A DNA stretch of 28,885 nucleotides from Selaginella moellendorffii. Taxonomy: Eukaryota; Plantae; Lycopodiophyta. The notes under the pieces are model-generated. The model saw nothing but the letters and a program-made list of their open reading frames with translations, searched no databases and had not been told where the DNA came from. The stretch lies in contig NW_003314264.1 in assembly GCF_000143415.4 (NCBI RefSeq), forward strand, positions 1-28,885, given 5' to 3'. Below, piece after piece: positions 1 through 11,530 of the stretch (positions within the stretch are counted from its first letter, which is position 1; each line of letters starts with the position of its first letter). Position numbers and translations under genes: made by a program.

Positions 1-297
1 TTGGTTGGAATGGATGTCTGACCATCTAAGACATTAGTTTGGCTCCCACTGAGCTATGTTGCTCTTTGTTCTGCGTTTGGGTTGGGTCTAAGCCCAAGCT
101 CCATGCTGCTCTAGTCAATGGGGTACTCTCTTCCTCACATTAGGCCACCGGTATGCCAAAATTATACCAAATACTGTTTGACACCATTTTGTGTGCAGGT
201 GCTAGATATAGGGAGCTGGTGCTCGTGGGATTGTATTGGACCCTTGTTTCGTACTGTAACAGGCTTGGAGTTTGGCTCCAAATTTAGGTGCACTATA
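1..297 (+). mobile_element. 3' part of an LTR (5' LTR of an LTR retrotransposon; start outside window)
   Basis: Ends ...GGTGCACTATA (probably decayed ...CTACA), 2 nt before a canonical PBS. The terminus resembles those of the 750-911 element. Confidence 0.6.
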
Positions 298-299
298 TT

Positions 300-311
300 T
301 GGTATCAGAGC
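300..311 (+). other. Primer-binding site complementary to the tRNA-iMet 3' end
   Basis: TGGTATCAGAGC, the standard plant LTR-retrotransposon PBS, directly after the LTR end. Confidence 0.85.
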
Positions 312-470
312 GATTATTTTAGCAATTTCTATCCAACTTTTGTTCGATTTTCTGACTCAAGTTGCATACATAGAGACTTTTCTAGTAGATCCAAAGTGAC
401 CTGTGTAGGATTAGTTGGATTGCACCATTCTGTAAGATCGTTGTATGCATGTTCAGTTATTGATAGAGAC

Positions 471-749
471 ATGGATGCAATTAGTGAGATGGTGAAAAAG
501 AATCGTGTTGATGACACTAAAACCTCTAGATGGGCAAATCAAGAAGAGGAAACTCCTGTTAGAGATGCTACAGAAGAGGCTGAGGCTGAGTCAAAAGAGG
601 AAGAGCTAGATGCTGCGGCACTACAGCATATGGCTCAAGAAGTTGAGATCAAGAATTTGTGAAGGGAAGTTCACAAATTGAAGAAGGAAAACAAAAAGAG
701 GAAGAAAGAAGCTGAGGCAGTTAAACTAGCTAAACCGAACCTGGGTAGG
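471..749 (+). pseudogene. Truncated gag-like N-terminus of the LTR element
   Basis: ATG 160 bp after the PBS. Acidic/coiled-coil MDAISEMVKK...EVEIKNL*REVHKLKKENKKRKKEAEAVKLAKPNLGR with an in-frame TGA at 660-662, then interrupted by the insertion at 750. Confidence 0.5.
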
Positions 750-911
750 TGTAGCGCATGTGATCATAAGATGAGATTTGGATATACTGTCACCGTGGAT
801 CCTTGGAACCTTAGGGGATAAATGGGGATAAAATAGCCACTAAGGGCTCTCTCATCAAGCAATTGCCCCTTTTCTAGTTGGTTTAAGGGGAGAGAGATAG
901 GGTGTGCTACA
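750..911. mobile_element. Short (162 bp) solo LTR or TRIM-like insertion with 5-bp TSD
   Basis: Begins TGTAGCGCA and ends TGTGCTACA (8/9 inverted match, TG...CA). Flanked by GTAGG at 745-749 and 912-916. Confidence 0.8.
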
Positions 912-2124
912 GTAGGTTTTGAGCTTATAAGCTCATGAGTTGAGCTCATGACTTCTCAAACACAAGGAAAACATTTGTATATTCTGAATTAACATCTTTT
1001 CATTTTTCAAATTTTGATTTAATCTATATTTCCAAGTAAATTTGACCAATAAAATACAAATATAAATATAAATCTGAACACTAAAAGCAATCTAGAAACA
1101 CTTCTCAAGCTCTACAATTGTAAGGCTTGCCTGATGGATGCGATGGTCGACCTTAAGATCTTGGTTTAGTTCCTACATAAAAATATAATAGATGTGCTTG
1201 TAGGCTAAATATACCTTTCCCCTATTTCCCCCTCTGTGTAAAATCTAGACAGGTACAAGATGGATTATTTGCAAATTCTGATAATGTAACTTGTACCCTT
1301 TGACGACTCAGTCACAACAATAAACTCTTTAACCATAGCACTGATGTAGTTTATCCTTGTGATTGTGCATTTCAGTGCCTTTGCCAGCTTGATCTTCTCT
1401 TATGCACCTTTTGAAATGGAAGACCTATATTGTATAGCCCCTATATTATACAGCCTTCCCATTTTTAGCTGGTCATGTATGCCAGTCTAGTGTTGGTAGC
1501 TTGACATCACTCTTTATGACATGATGACACACTGAAAAAGGGCTCAAAGCTTGGAATTAGTTCCTCACCCAAAGGATTGCCACAATTTTTTGAATGATGC
1601 TGCTTGCTGTACAAAAAATAAGATACTCTCTTCATGAGAGTATACACATGACCAAACGACTTGGTAATTTCACATCAAAGAATTAGGTGCTTTTGAACTG
1701 TATATTCTCTCATCGCTGCCTGGTTTCTAAAACTCTCAGTGGCAGATGGCACAGCACTGGCTAGATAGGCAAGAAGAGGAAAGGTATGTGCCTGAATTGA
1801 CAGATAATTTATTTGCTAAGCTTTGAAAACCTCACACAAATCCTGAACAAAAATCCATTTCCAGATAGCATTGGAAGATTTTAGAAGACTGATGTAAACA
1901 AAAAATCATAAAAGGAGACAAACTCAACCTCTGATGGCAAAAGATATGATGACTTCACACAAATCGAATTTCATTTCAGGCTATTCAATTTCTTGATTCT
2001 GATGTCCATTTATTCACCTACATTATCTTTTCTGTTGCATCTGAATGTTTGAACTGGCAGGAGTTACCAAATATGGCAAAAAATTGAAAATAAAGACAAC
2101 CTTTTATTCTTTAGACACGTTTCT

Positions 2125-2459
2125 TCACCACTATTCATGCAGCTCAAGCAAGAAGCTTTCATGTTGTATCTCCTGAGGACGTGATCAAACCACTACCCAG
2201 GATTAAAGTGATTGAAGTTCTTCAAAGTCAAAGTAGTTTGTGAAGTATGGGTCTTGTGAGATCAGAGCCAACAGTAAAACTCTCCATCAATGGTAAACTA
2301 TACCTTAACGAGCTGACAGAGTCTCTGCAGAATACCTGGGAGGAGAAAAGTTTTGCTTTGGACAAGCAGCAATGCCTCAAGTAAGCAAAAAGCATCACCA
2401 CTATTGGCTCAGGCAAGAAGCTTTCCTCTTGCATCTCCTGAGGACCACTACCCAGGATT
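2125..2459 (+). repeat. Imperfect direct repeat pair (2125-2204 and 2395-2459)
   Basis: Both read TCACCACTATT..GCTCA(A/G)GCAAGAAGCTTTC..TT G(T/C)ATCTCCTGAGGAC..CACTACCCAGGATT; the first copy has two small insertions. Confidence 0.75.
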
Positions 2460-3649
2460 CTCATTGCCTACCATGAATCCTTCAAATTAAACTTTTGCAA
2501 AATTGTAAAATAGTCTCAAAAGTAAATCTCAGAAATAGAATAGAGTCCTTAAAACGACTTCCACAAAGCAAATCTTCTCAAATCTAAAACCATGTTATCA
2601 TTAGTATAATGTTCAAATCAAATAAATTTGATTTGTCATGTATTGTCCAGAAAAACAAGAAATAACACCTTGGAATGCCACAATAATATTCCTCTGCTGT
2701 TATGTTGAGGCTGTCAATAATTACTAGGACCTACTATGTTCTTGGTGGAACAAGATTGTCCCTGAATCCTCCATAACTATTTGTGCCACTGTAATTTTTA
2801 GCTCACCCTGTTGGTGATGAATCATCTCTCTAGCAGCCCTAAGGCATGAGAGGCAGTAGTTCAATAAAATTTTCATTCCAAAGATCCAGCAGCATAATTT
2901 AGCAACACATTTAGCACAACATTGACAAAATTCAATTCTGTTTATAAATTTTGTAGCAAGAGTGAATGCACAATTTTTTGTATTGAATTAAACTCAACAT
3001 TCCCGATCAAGTGTCTGATTATCAAAGTTAACAAGAATTGCCAAATTAATGATGAAATTTCGATGTTAGTGTTCTCGAAGTTCAAACATGAGCCATTTTT
3101 TAAAGTTGGCAATGACTTATTACAATTTTATATGCTTGACAGGTGTGGATGTCTACTCCAAAGAAAAAGTCACATCCTGCCATGCTCACAAACTTGTGCT
3201 CACAGATTGCTCTCCATATATATCAGCCTCTCACACTTATTCGATGTAGATTGGACATTCAAGCACACCATGTCCACTGGGGCACAAGCTATTACTTCAG
3301 AGTTAATAGTTTGGTATGCCAAAGTTTGGTTTTGTTTCTAAGTTTCTCAATTGTCTTACAAGGTCACCGTTACATTCTTGCTTGCCTGCTTTAAGGGTTT
3401 TTTGTTTTGATAACTCACCCATTTGTGCACTATTTTGACGGAAATATTAGACAGGAAGTTGTGTCCATGCTTGCTATGAAGCATTTTTTTTTCAAACAAG
3501 TCTTGCACCCCAGCAAGAATGATTGTGATCCACCTAAACAACAGCTCTTTGAAGAGCTCATAAAATTGTAGGTTGAAACAAGGAAAAAAACATGAAGTGA
3601 AAGAGATTATAAGCAGTTAACTGAATTTTTGTTGATTCTCCTCACTCCC

Positions 3650-4720
3650 AAGCAGATCACAACCATCATCATCACCAAGAACCAGCCATGTGCGTGCTAC
3701 TTCATGTCTATGGTGCCATACATGTCTGTGCATCCCCTACATCACCACCACCACCGCTGCTGTGCTCGAGTACATCGCCTGCAACATGAAATCCTTCGCA
3801 TTTGCAACACCCAATACTCTGATCCAACCATTCTTCAATGACACAAGCTACACAACTAAATTCTCTGGGAGCTTGCAGAGCCTAGCATCTTTGCAGACAA
3901 GATCAACATCCCACAAAGCGTGGACAAGGAGTGACAAGTGTGATCTCAAGTGCTTGCCTCATAGTTGTGGTCCTCTCTGGAGCTATGATCTGGTGGCTGC
4001 TCAAATGAAACAACCAAAGTCTATGACTTCCAGGTCAGTTTGCTTAAATATGCATCCAAAGCTCATCAAATTGCCACCACCCAGGTTGTAAGCTCAGCTG
4101 ACGTTGGCATAGATCGTTGGTCCTTGGAGCTCGCCATTAATAGTGATAATGTTCTTTGTTCTTCCCAGCCACCTCACTAGCTTCTCATCACAGTAATGAA
4201 CACTGGCAAGATGTTGATCCATTGGTGCTGAGCAGTCTCAAAATTTCCAAAACATTCTATGATCTAATGCTCTTTCACAAGTATGGAATCTGGCAATTTA
4301 GGAATCCCTGGTTCAATGGCCCGGCTATGTCACACAGTGTCCTCTCAAGCGAGGCTAATAGTTCCTCTACAACTTCACCATGGATTCACACATGTGAACT
4401 CTCTTTTGGAATGCACACACATCATGTGGCTTCGAGCTACTATCTATGGAGACATTGACAGCCCACCATGAACAAAATGAAGGGCATTGTGGATCCCAGG
4501 GACTGCTTCAGTTGCAAAGGGATCCTTGGAGGAAACTCTACCAGGTAATATAATTGAGAATTGATTAGTCTTGATATGTTGTGTTTTGCAGTCTTGCTCT
4601 AGCCTTAGAGACTTGCACTTTGACTTGGCTGTGGAAAGTTTTGGTGACAGTGTAGGTAGTGTAGCAAAATTGGTCTGCAATTCTGAGCTATATGCCTGGT
4701 GTTTACCGTTGCATAGCTAA
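3650..4720 (+). pseudogene. Possible decayed gene fragment of unknown family
   Basis: Higher GC than flanks, short ORF pieces in several frames, and one 47-nt GT...TTTTGCAG intron-like segment (4545-4591) of the same size as real introns here. No recognisable domain. Confidence 0.25.
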
Positions 4721-4829
4721 ATCACGTAGTTTTTTATTCTGTTCACTTATGTTACTAATCAAGTGGCACGACAGGGTGCTGGAAAGACATCTCTAAATTA
4801 TGCACTGATGGGCCAGGGTGGTGGCATTA

Positions 4830-6069
4830 GCATAATTTTTAACCTAAATCACTTTTCATAGAACAGTATTTTTAATATTTGAAAATTTAATTTCTATGAA
4901 ATTTCATTCCTGTTATTCTAAGTTTTACTTTCTCAAATATTTTGTTTGTTCATCATTTAATTTTTGTAGTAGTTATCTTAAATATTATAATTTACAAAAT
5001 GTGTTACATACTCTTGATTTATTGGTAAATTATATTCTGGTTAGAAAGGTTTTACACGTGTATTAATATTTTTAATTTATAAAATATCTTATATAAAAAT
5101 TTAAGAAAATATTTTTTCTATCTTTACCATTGTATTTTTCTCATAAATGTGACATATAATTTTTATTCTATTTTAAAAATATTAACTTTTTCTTATAAAA
5201 TACTTAGTTTACCATTTGAACTAACAGGATATTTTCCTTATGCTTAGGTATGGATTGATATAAAACAATATTGAAACAAAAGATGAAGCTCATGTAAAGC
5301 TTTATACAAACCTGTACTGATGCTTTATAATAAAATTATGCATTCATGCCCAATATATGACATGTTATCTAATATAGTATAAGCTATGTCATACATATAA
5401 AAAGTTCAAATCCAGTTCTTATTAATATCCTAGTTATATGAAGATTTCAAAGAAAAAAAAATATTAGCTATTAGCTCAAAGAATAACATTAAAATTTTAA
5501 ATTATAACATTACAGTTTTAGTAGCAATAAGTTTGATAAAAATTATATTAGATTAAAAATATTTATAAAAATTTATTTTAAAATTATTGTGGCATTTTAA
5601 GGTAAGAATAGATATTTAAGAGTACATTACAAATGTTTTTTATATATACTAGATCAATAAACCAATTAAACCTAAATCAAATAGTCATATTTGAAAATAG
5701 TAGAATAAGAAATGAGAAAAAATTATGATTTTAGGTGTATTGTTAGTGAGAGTAATTTCAAAGAACAAAAAATAATATTTTATTATCTTGTACATAATAT
5801 TAGTTTACTTTAGTTAATATTTCTAATGGAAATTTTTAAAGTGATTGAAAAGTTAAATTAATCAATACAAGTTTATATTATGGATTACAATGATAAATTA
5901 AACTATATATAAAAAATAATTTAATTTATGTATAGAATTAAGTATGGTTTTAATCCATAGTCTCTTTTAATAAAATAACATATATAAAACACAAACCCAA
6001 AAAATGAATACCATATTTTTTAAGTTATTAACTTGGATGGATCATTAGTAAGTTGTAGTTAAAATTATA
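4830..6069. other. Very AT-rich low-complexity intergenic tract
   Basis: Visibly dominated by A/T runs; no ORF of 60 aa or more in the track. Confidence 0.7.
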
Positions 6070-6096
6070 CTAGCAGGGATCCCAGCTCCGCTGGAA
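6070..6096 (-). mobile_element. Helitron-like 3' terminus (hairpin plus CTAG|T); element would extend to higher coordinates
   Basis: Minus strand reads TTCCAGC-GGA-GCTGGGA-TCCCTG-CTAG|T: a GC-rich stem-loop about 10 nt from a CTAG end followed by T. Confidence 0.55.
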
Positions 6097-8740
6097 AAAA
6101 GTAAAGAATGTTTTCAATATGAAAAAATGCAATCATACATACTTTGGGTTAGAACAACACATTTAAAAAAAATAAAATAATAGAACAATGACTTATGATG
6201 TTCGTCACTGCACAGAAACTTTGTAAGTGCAAAATGCAGCTTCAGCACTTGCATCCACTCTAGCCATGTCAAAGAGGGGAAGAAATTATTGGCAAAGATC
6301 CTGGGATTATCCTTTTCTAAGTTTGGTAGTTGACAATTTGTCAAAAAAGAATGGGAGAGTCTCTCTTTGCATTCTCCCCACCACCAGTAAGTCTTTTAGC
6401 AATTCAATGAGCTCTTCATTAGTCTTTGCAACTAAGTTGATTAAGAATACCTTCAAAACCAAGAGAAAGAGTATACATCTATAAGTTCAATTACCAGATT
6501 CTGGCAACCAGCTCTGGACTCTCAAGAATCTAGAAAAAAAAAAAACTTCACTTACTTCTGTTGTCACTACTCCTGTAAAGGGTCATAGTCTAAACTCCAA
6601 TCATGAAATTAAGAAGTTCTTTGATGCAACTTGTCTGATCAGAAAACATTAGAAGAGGATTGTTATGGCCCAAGTGTTGTCGAAGTTGGGTGGCTCAGAA
6701 AGGTTGCACAAGTCACTTAGTTCCGGAGGTAGATCCTCTTGTTATATGGCACCACAAACACAATGGTCATCTGGATGCTTGTCTTACTCTTTGCATTTTT
6801 TTTGAACAATGCTTCAAGGTACAACTGGAGAAATTTGCTAGAGATGCTCATCTTATACATATTATATGTTATGTAAATCTGTCTATTCTTTAATTCTTTT
6901 AAAGGCATCTCGTTCGTTCTCACTCATCACGTACTATTGATGACGGAAGTGAGGCATGGGAGGCCACTATGTGTAGCTCCAAGACATGTGTCATACTAAC
7001 CTTCCCTAAGTTGCATAAGTGTTAAGTGGTGTTTGGTGTCACAAGGGCATTAAATAAGGCCTAAGGGACTAAGTCCCTAGTGAATGATGGATAGAAGGTG
7101 CCATTCAAACATCCAAAGTTGTAGAGACAGGAAGAATCTGTCTACTTGATTTGGACAAAGCAAAAAATAGAATTTTGGCAAGGATAGTGATGGGTATATA
7201 AAGGCCCATAAGTAGCAATGGTAATCCCGGTGTGTGGGATTATAAGGTGAGCTTGCGCAGATTAAGGAACCACTCCCTAAACTATCAGGTAGGTTCATCC
7301 CTATGAATACTTGCTAAGGCATGGTAGAATGTGCAAAGCTATCCTCCTAATCTGGAAGAGAATAACCAAAGGAAACATATGAGGCCAAAAGGCAAGTAGT
7401 ATTGAGATGGTACTGAACCATAGAAATCGAAGAGCATAACCAACAGTGGTTATGCAAGTTGAGAGTGGAGAATCAAGAGGGTGCTCGAGGATGTTGTTAC
7501 TATCAACCATGGTTCCATAGAGAGTCTAAAATGTGGAATTATCCATGTTAGACCATATAGTGAGTAGAGAGCTTGCAAAGGAGAAGCCTTAGCAAACTAA
7601 GGAACAGAGTTCCTTGAAAGTTCCTGAAGACAATTCTAGGTAAATAAGTACTTGGCCGGAAGGGCTGGCTTGGGCACACCGCCAAGTGTGGGGGATGCCC
7701 CCGGGGTTATCGTCAACAATTTAAAAGGGTCTAGAAGACCTAGTTTCTATTGGTAGACCTCTTAAGGGGTTAAGATGAGATCACTAGATGATCTTGTAGC
7801 TAAACAAGGACAAGGTTTTTGTTTAGGTTAAGAAATACGATTTCTAATTCAAAGTGTTGATTTGAACTATTGATAATGGTGTAGCTTGGTCAAGGTGACC
7901 AAGTGGGAAAGACACCTAAAAGGAAATCAGTTGTGCCAATACGATGGTATAGTAAATCCAAAAAAGTAGCCTCTAGGAGTAACCTATGGGAGGGTTGCAA
8001 AGCCTGTAGCAGAAAATGCTAAAGAGACCTACTAGGGGTGAGCACCCTTTGGACTTAGCAAAGTAGAGCCTTTGCCATGGAGCCAAAAGGATACTTCGAG
8101 AATGGAGGTAGTGATCCTATATTACTCAGTGTAACAATCAACAGATAAAAGCAAAAGACTAGTGGCCAAGTATGGGCCAAGGAGTTCATTAGAAGGAATC
8201 CAAATGGCAAAGTTAGGCATGGAACACTAAGGTGTTAGATGTTAACAGATTGTGAGAAAGGAAGTGTGCTTCCAAAGATGGATTCCCAAATGCTTCAAGT
8301 TGGCAAAGGTGAAAGCTTCAAGGGGGGGAGCGGCAAAGTAGCCAAATGATAGGGCCGTGGACAGTGCTAGCATAAATTACGATAGTTGGAACTTAGTGTC
8401 AAAGGTGACACAAAATAGAAAGGAGGATGATGGTGCCCTCAAGTGAAGAAGTTCCTAGGATGAGGAAGTGAAGTTGCACAATATGTGCAATGAAAGGTGT
8501 CAGAGACACCAAAGAAATTGACTTTGAGAAGTCAAAATTAAAAGTTCCAAGGTGAACTAGTTATGTCAATAGAAGTTGAGACTACTCGAGAATGAGTACT
8601 GGAATTGAGTTAGAGAAGGTGTCTCTAATGAGTTTAGCGAAAATTGAACCACTAAAAGGGAGCAAACCACCCCAGGTGGTCAAATGAGTCTCTATGTTGG
8701 AGAGACTATGCTCCGTAAAGGATGGACAAGGCATGGTGAA

Positions 8741-9435
8741 GGCCCAGGAAGGCCGTGCCCAAGTGTTGGGTGATAGGATATCCACTGGGAAGTCCAAGAC
8801 TAGAGTGAATAAGAACTGATAAGCGGGGTAACTTGGTGAAGTGTTCAAGAGCTGGCTCTAGTTCCCCCGAGAGATCGACTGGCCGATGCTCCCAATCCAA
8901 GTGTGGGTGGCACTACCTACTTGGATACTAGGCGTGGCTCAATGGAACCTCGCTCTAAGCCCATGGCTAGAGCACCCAAAGGCAGAAGGCAGGGAGAGTA
9001 CCCAGGAGGCCCATGTAGGGCCACGGTGTTTCGAAATGTTGTCCCAAAGTCTTAGACTATGGAAAGGAAGAAGAGTAGCCCTTTGGTGTAGTGACCAAGG
9101 ACATAGTCATACGGTGAGGAAGTCCCAAAAGACTATGGGACTTAGTGGTCGGGCCTGTGGGCCTTGATTTAGTGGCAATGTTGGCAAACACAGCCATGGA
9201 CAGAAAGGGACTTGGTGAGGACAGAAAAGGAGATATTGGAAAAAGCTATCCCCATGTTTGCGGGCATCCTAAGGATGCTAAGGAGTGGATCTAGGATGAC
9301 CACTCATGGATAGAAGGCCCAGTCTTGGAGAGACAGGGTTGCAATGCAGGTGGTGTTGGACCACCGATGTGACCAAGGTGAATGGGTATGGCCTAGCGTA
9401 ATAGGCTGGTATGTTGGTGGTACCTTGGGTGTCGG
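8741..9435 (+). repeat. Copy 1 of a ~695-bp direct repeat (X)
   Basis: Aligns end to end with 10590-11286, from GGCCCAGGAAGGCC...CCACTGGGAAGTCCAAGACTAGAGTGAA to GTGGTACCTT(T)GGGTGTCGG. Confidence 0.92.
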
Positions 9436-9705
9436 AGATGGAGTTTGAGATGGAGTCTGAGATGGACCTGAGATGGAGTCTGAGATGGACCTGAGATGGA
9501 GTCCAAGATGGACCCGAGATGGAGTCCAAGATGGACCCGAGATGGAGTCCAAGATGGACCCGAGATGGAGTCCAAGAAGGACCCAAGACAGAGTCCAACG
9601 TCGAGATCAAGACCCAGACTGGGACCAAGACTGAGACCGAGGCCGAGGCCAAGGCCGAGTCCGAGTCCGAGTCCGAGTCCAAGTCCGAGTTCAAGTGTGA
9701 GTCTA
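9435..9705 (+). repeat. Tandem array R1: 11/12-bp units forming a 23-bp period, then GAGNCC hexamers
   Basis: GAGATGGAGTCC-AAGATGGACCC repeats, followed by GAGACC/GAGGCC/GAGTCC runs. Confidence 0.92.
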
Positions 9706-9836
9706 AGAGGGTGAAAGCCTAAAGTGTTTATCTCCCAGACCCTGGGGGGTTTGGTGAGCTCCAAAATTACAGTAGAGGGAGGACTCCAGTGGAGCCAGTT
9801 TGGCCAGGAAAGGCCAGTTTGGCCTAGGAAGGCTAT

Positions 9837-10070
9837 TGTGAGACACAAAATCCCTAGGCCCCAAAGTGGAGCTGGAAAGGGTGCCACGTGGTAGTGGCTG
9901 AAGCGAGAGCCAAACGAGCGTAACACGTTTGGACCAAAAGCTCCGACTTGAAAAGTCAAGAGCGGGAGTGGAACTCCCAACGAAGTGCTCGAGGAACGAG
10001 CACAAAGCGAGCAAAAAGCGAGGCTCCAAAAAGAGACCCAAAAGGACCAACACATGACACGTGGAAGTGT
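9837..10070 (+). mobile_element. LTR terminal segment (Z), CpG-rich young copy
   Basis: Starts TGTGAGACACAAAATCCC. Its reverse complement matches 11805-12035 and 23957-24140, and all three copies share the same terminus. Confidence 0.7.
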
Positions 10071-10072
10071 CC

Positions 10073-10472
10073 GAGATGGACTCGAGTTGGAGTCTGAAGT
10101 GGAGTCCGAGATGGACTCGAGTTGGAGTCCGAAGTGGAGTCCGAGATGGACCCGAGTTGGAGTCCGAAGTGGAGTCCGAGATGGACCCGAGTTGGAGTCC
10201 GAAGTGGAGTCCGAGGTGGACCCGAGATGGACCCGAAATGGAGTCCGAGATGGACCCAAGATGGAGTCCGAGATGGACCCGAGATGGAGTCTGAGATGGA
10301 GTCCGAAGTCGAGACCGAGACCGGGACCGAGACCGAGAACGAGACCGAGACTGAGATCGGGACCGAGAATGAGACCGAGGCCGAGGCCGAGACCGAGCCC
10401 GAGCCCGAGTCTGAGTCCGAGTCCGAGTCCGAGTCCGAGTCCGAGTCTGAGTCCGAGTCCGAGTTCGAGTCT
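10073..10472 (+). repeat. Tandem array R2: four 35-bp higher-order units, 11/12-mers, then a GAGNCC hexamer run
   Basis: GAGATGGAC(T/C)C-GAGTTGGAGTC(T/C)-GAAGTGGAGTCC at 10073, 10108, 10143 and 10178, then GAGACC>GAGGCC>GAGCCC>GAGTCC hexamers. Confidence 0.95.
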
Positions 10473-10589
10473 GAGAGGGTGAAAGCCCAAAGCGTTCGTC
10501 TCCCAGACCCTGGGGGGTTTGGTGAGCTCCAAAAGTATAGTAGGGGGGAGGACTGCAGTGGAGCCAGTTTGGCCAGGAAAGGCCAGTTT

Positions 10590-11286
10590 GGCCCAGGAAG
10601 GCCAGACCCAGTGTTGGGTGCTGAGCTGACCACTGGGAAGTCCAAGACTAGAGTGAACATGGACCCACAAGCGGGGTAGCTTGGTGAAGTGTTCAAGAGC
10701 CGGCTCTAGTTCCCCCGGGAGATCGACTGGCGGATGCTCCCAGTCCAAGTGTGGGTGGCACTACCTACTTGGATACCAAGCATGGCTCAATGGAACCTCG
10801 CTCTAAGCCCATGGCTAGAGCACCTAAAGGCGATAGGTGGGGAGAGTACCCAGGTGGCTCGCGTAAGGCCACGGTGTTCCGAAATGTTGTCCCAAAGGCC
10901 CAGACTGTGGAAAGGAAGAGGAGCAGTCCTCTGGGGTAGTGACCAAGGACACAGTCATGTGGTGAGGAAGTCCCAGAGGACCGTGGGACTTAGTGGTCGG
11001 GCCTGTGGGCCTCGATCCAGTGGCAGTGTTGGCAAACACGGCCAGGGGCAGAAAGGGACTTGGTAGGAACTGACAAAGGGACTTTGGGGAAGGTGATTCC
11101 CTAGGTTTGTGGGCATCCTAAAGATGCTAAGGAGTGGATCTAGGATGACCACTCGTGGACACATGGCCTAGTCTTGGAGAGACAAGGTGGTGATGCAAGT
11201 GGTGTTGGACCACTAGTGCAGCAAAGGTGAATGGGCATGGCCTTAGCGTAACGGGCCGAGATGTCAGTGGTACCTTTGGGTGTCGG
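10590..11286 (+). repeat. Copy 2 of the ~695-bp direct repeat (X)
   Basis: Matches 8741-9435. It is preceded by a ~130-bp segment (10473-10603) that is also duplicated at 9706-9833. Confidence 0.92.
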
Positions 11287-11530
11287 TCTCGGGACCGGAC
11301 ACATGGAGCACTTGGACCAGGTGCAAGTGTGGAGTGGCATGGATGCCATTCTTGGGGCTAGCAAGTCCCAAGTCCTGAATTGGACTGATGGAGGTTGTGA
11401 ATGAGACTCCTCCAAGTGGTCGGAGGTGTGGTTAAGTGACTAAAGTAGAATGGAAAATTTAGTCGCTTACAGCTATGCCCAAGTGTTGACTTTATTGGTT
11501 GGCTAAAGGAATCACACCATATATTGAAAT

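Larger units (their letters stand above)
6990..11516. mobile_element. Rearranged, probably non-autonomous LTR-retrotransposon-derived complex (boundaries approximate)
   Basis: Contains a TG-starting LTR-like segment at 9837 with homologs elsewhere in the window, long direct repeats, tandem arrays and stop-riddled ORF remnants. No RT/IN motif recognised. Confidence 0.5.

Noticed and set aside
1119-1177. TGTAAGG...CCTACA mini element
   Set aside because: Only 59 bp and no TSD (ACAAT versus TAAAA).
7670-7700. AAGTGTGGGGGA as an Athila-like PPT, or its reverse strand as a TGGCG PBS
   Set aside because: Either reading is possible and no adjacent LTR could be confirmed.
9435-10310. Regularly spaced 23/35-bp repeats resembling a CRISPR array
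   Set aside because: Units are contiguous with no unique spacers, there are no cas genes, and the DNA is eukaryotic.
9278-10748. Long overlapping ORFs (451, 246, 185, 165 aa) with LG, DS, ES, ET and PR dipeptide runs
   Set aside because: Open frames on both strands arise from stop-free GAGNCC and 11/12-bp tandem repeats within an LTR complex; no domain or gene structure.
8741-11286. X1 and X2 as the paired LTRs of one element
   Set aside because: No TG...CA ends, PBS, PPT or TSD at their borders; the TG terminus lies at 9837 between them.
9837-11516. 1.68-kb solo LTR TGTGA...TCACA
   Set aside because: Flanks GCTAT and CCATA do not form a TSD, so the right end is unsupported.
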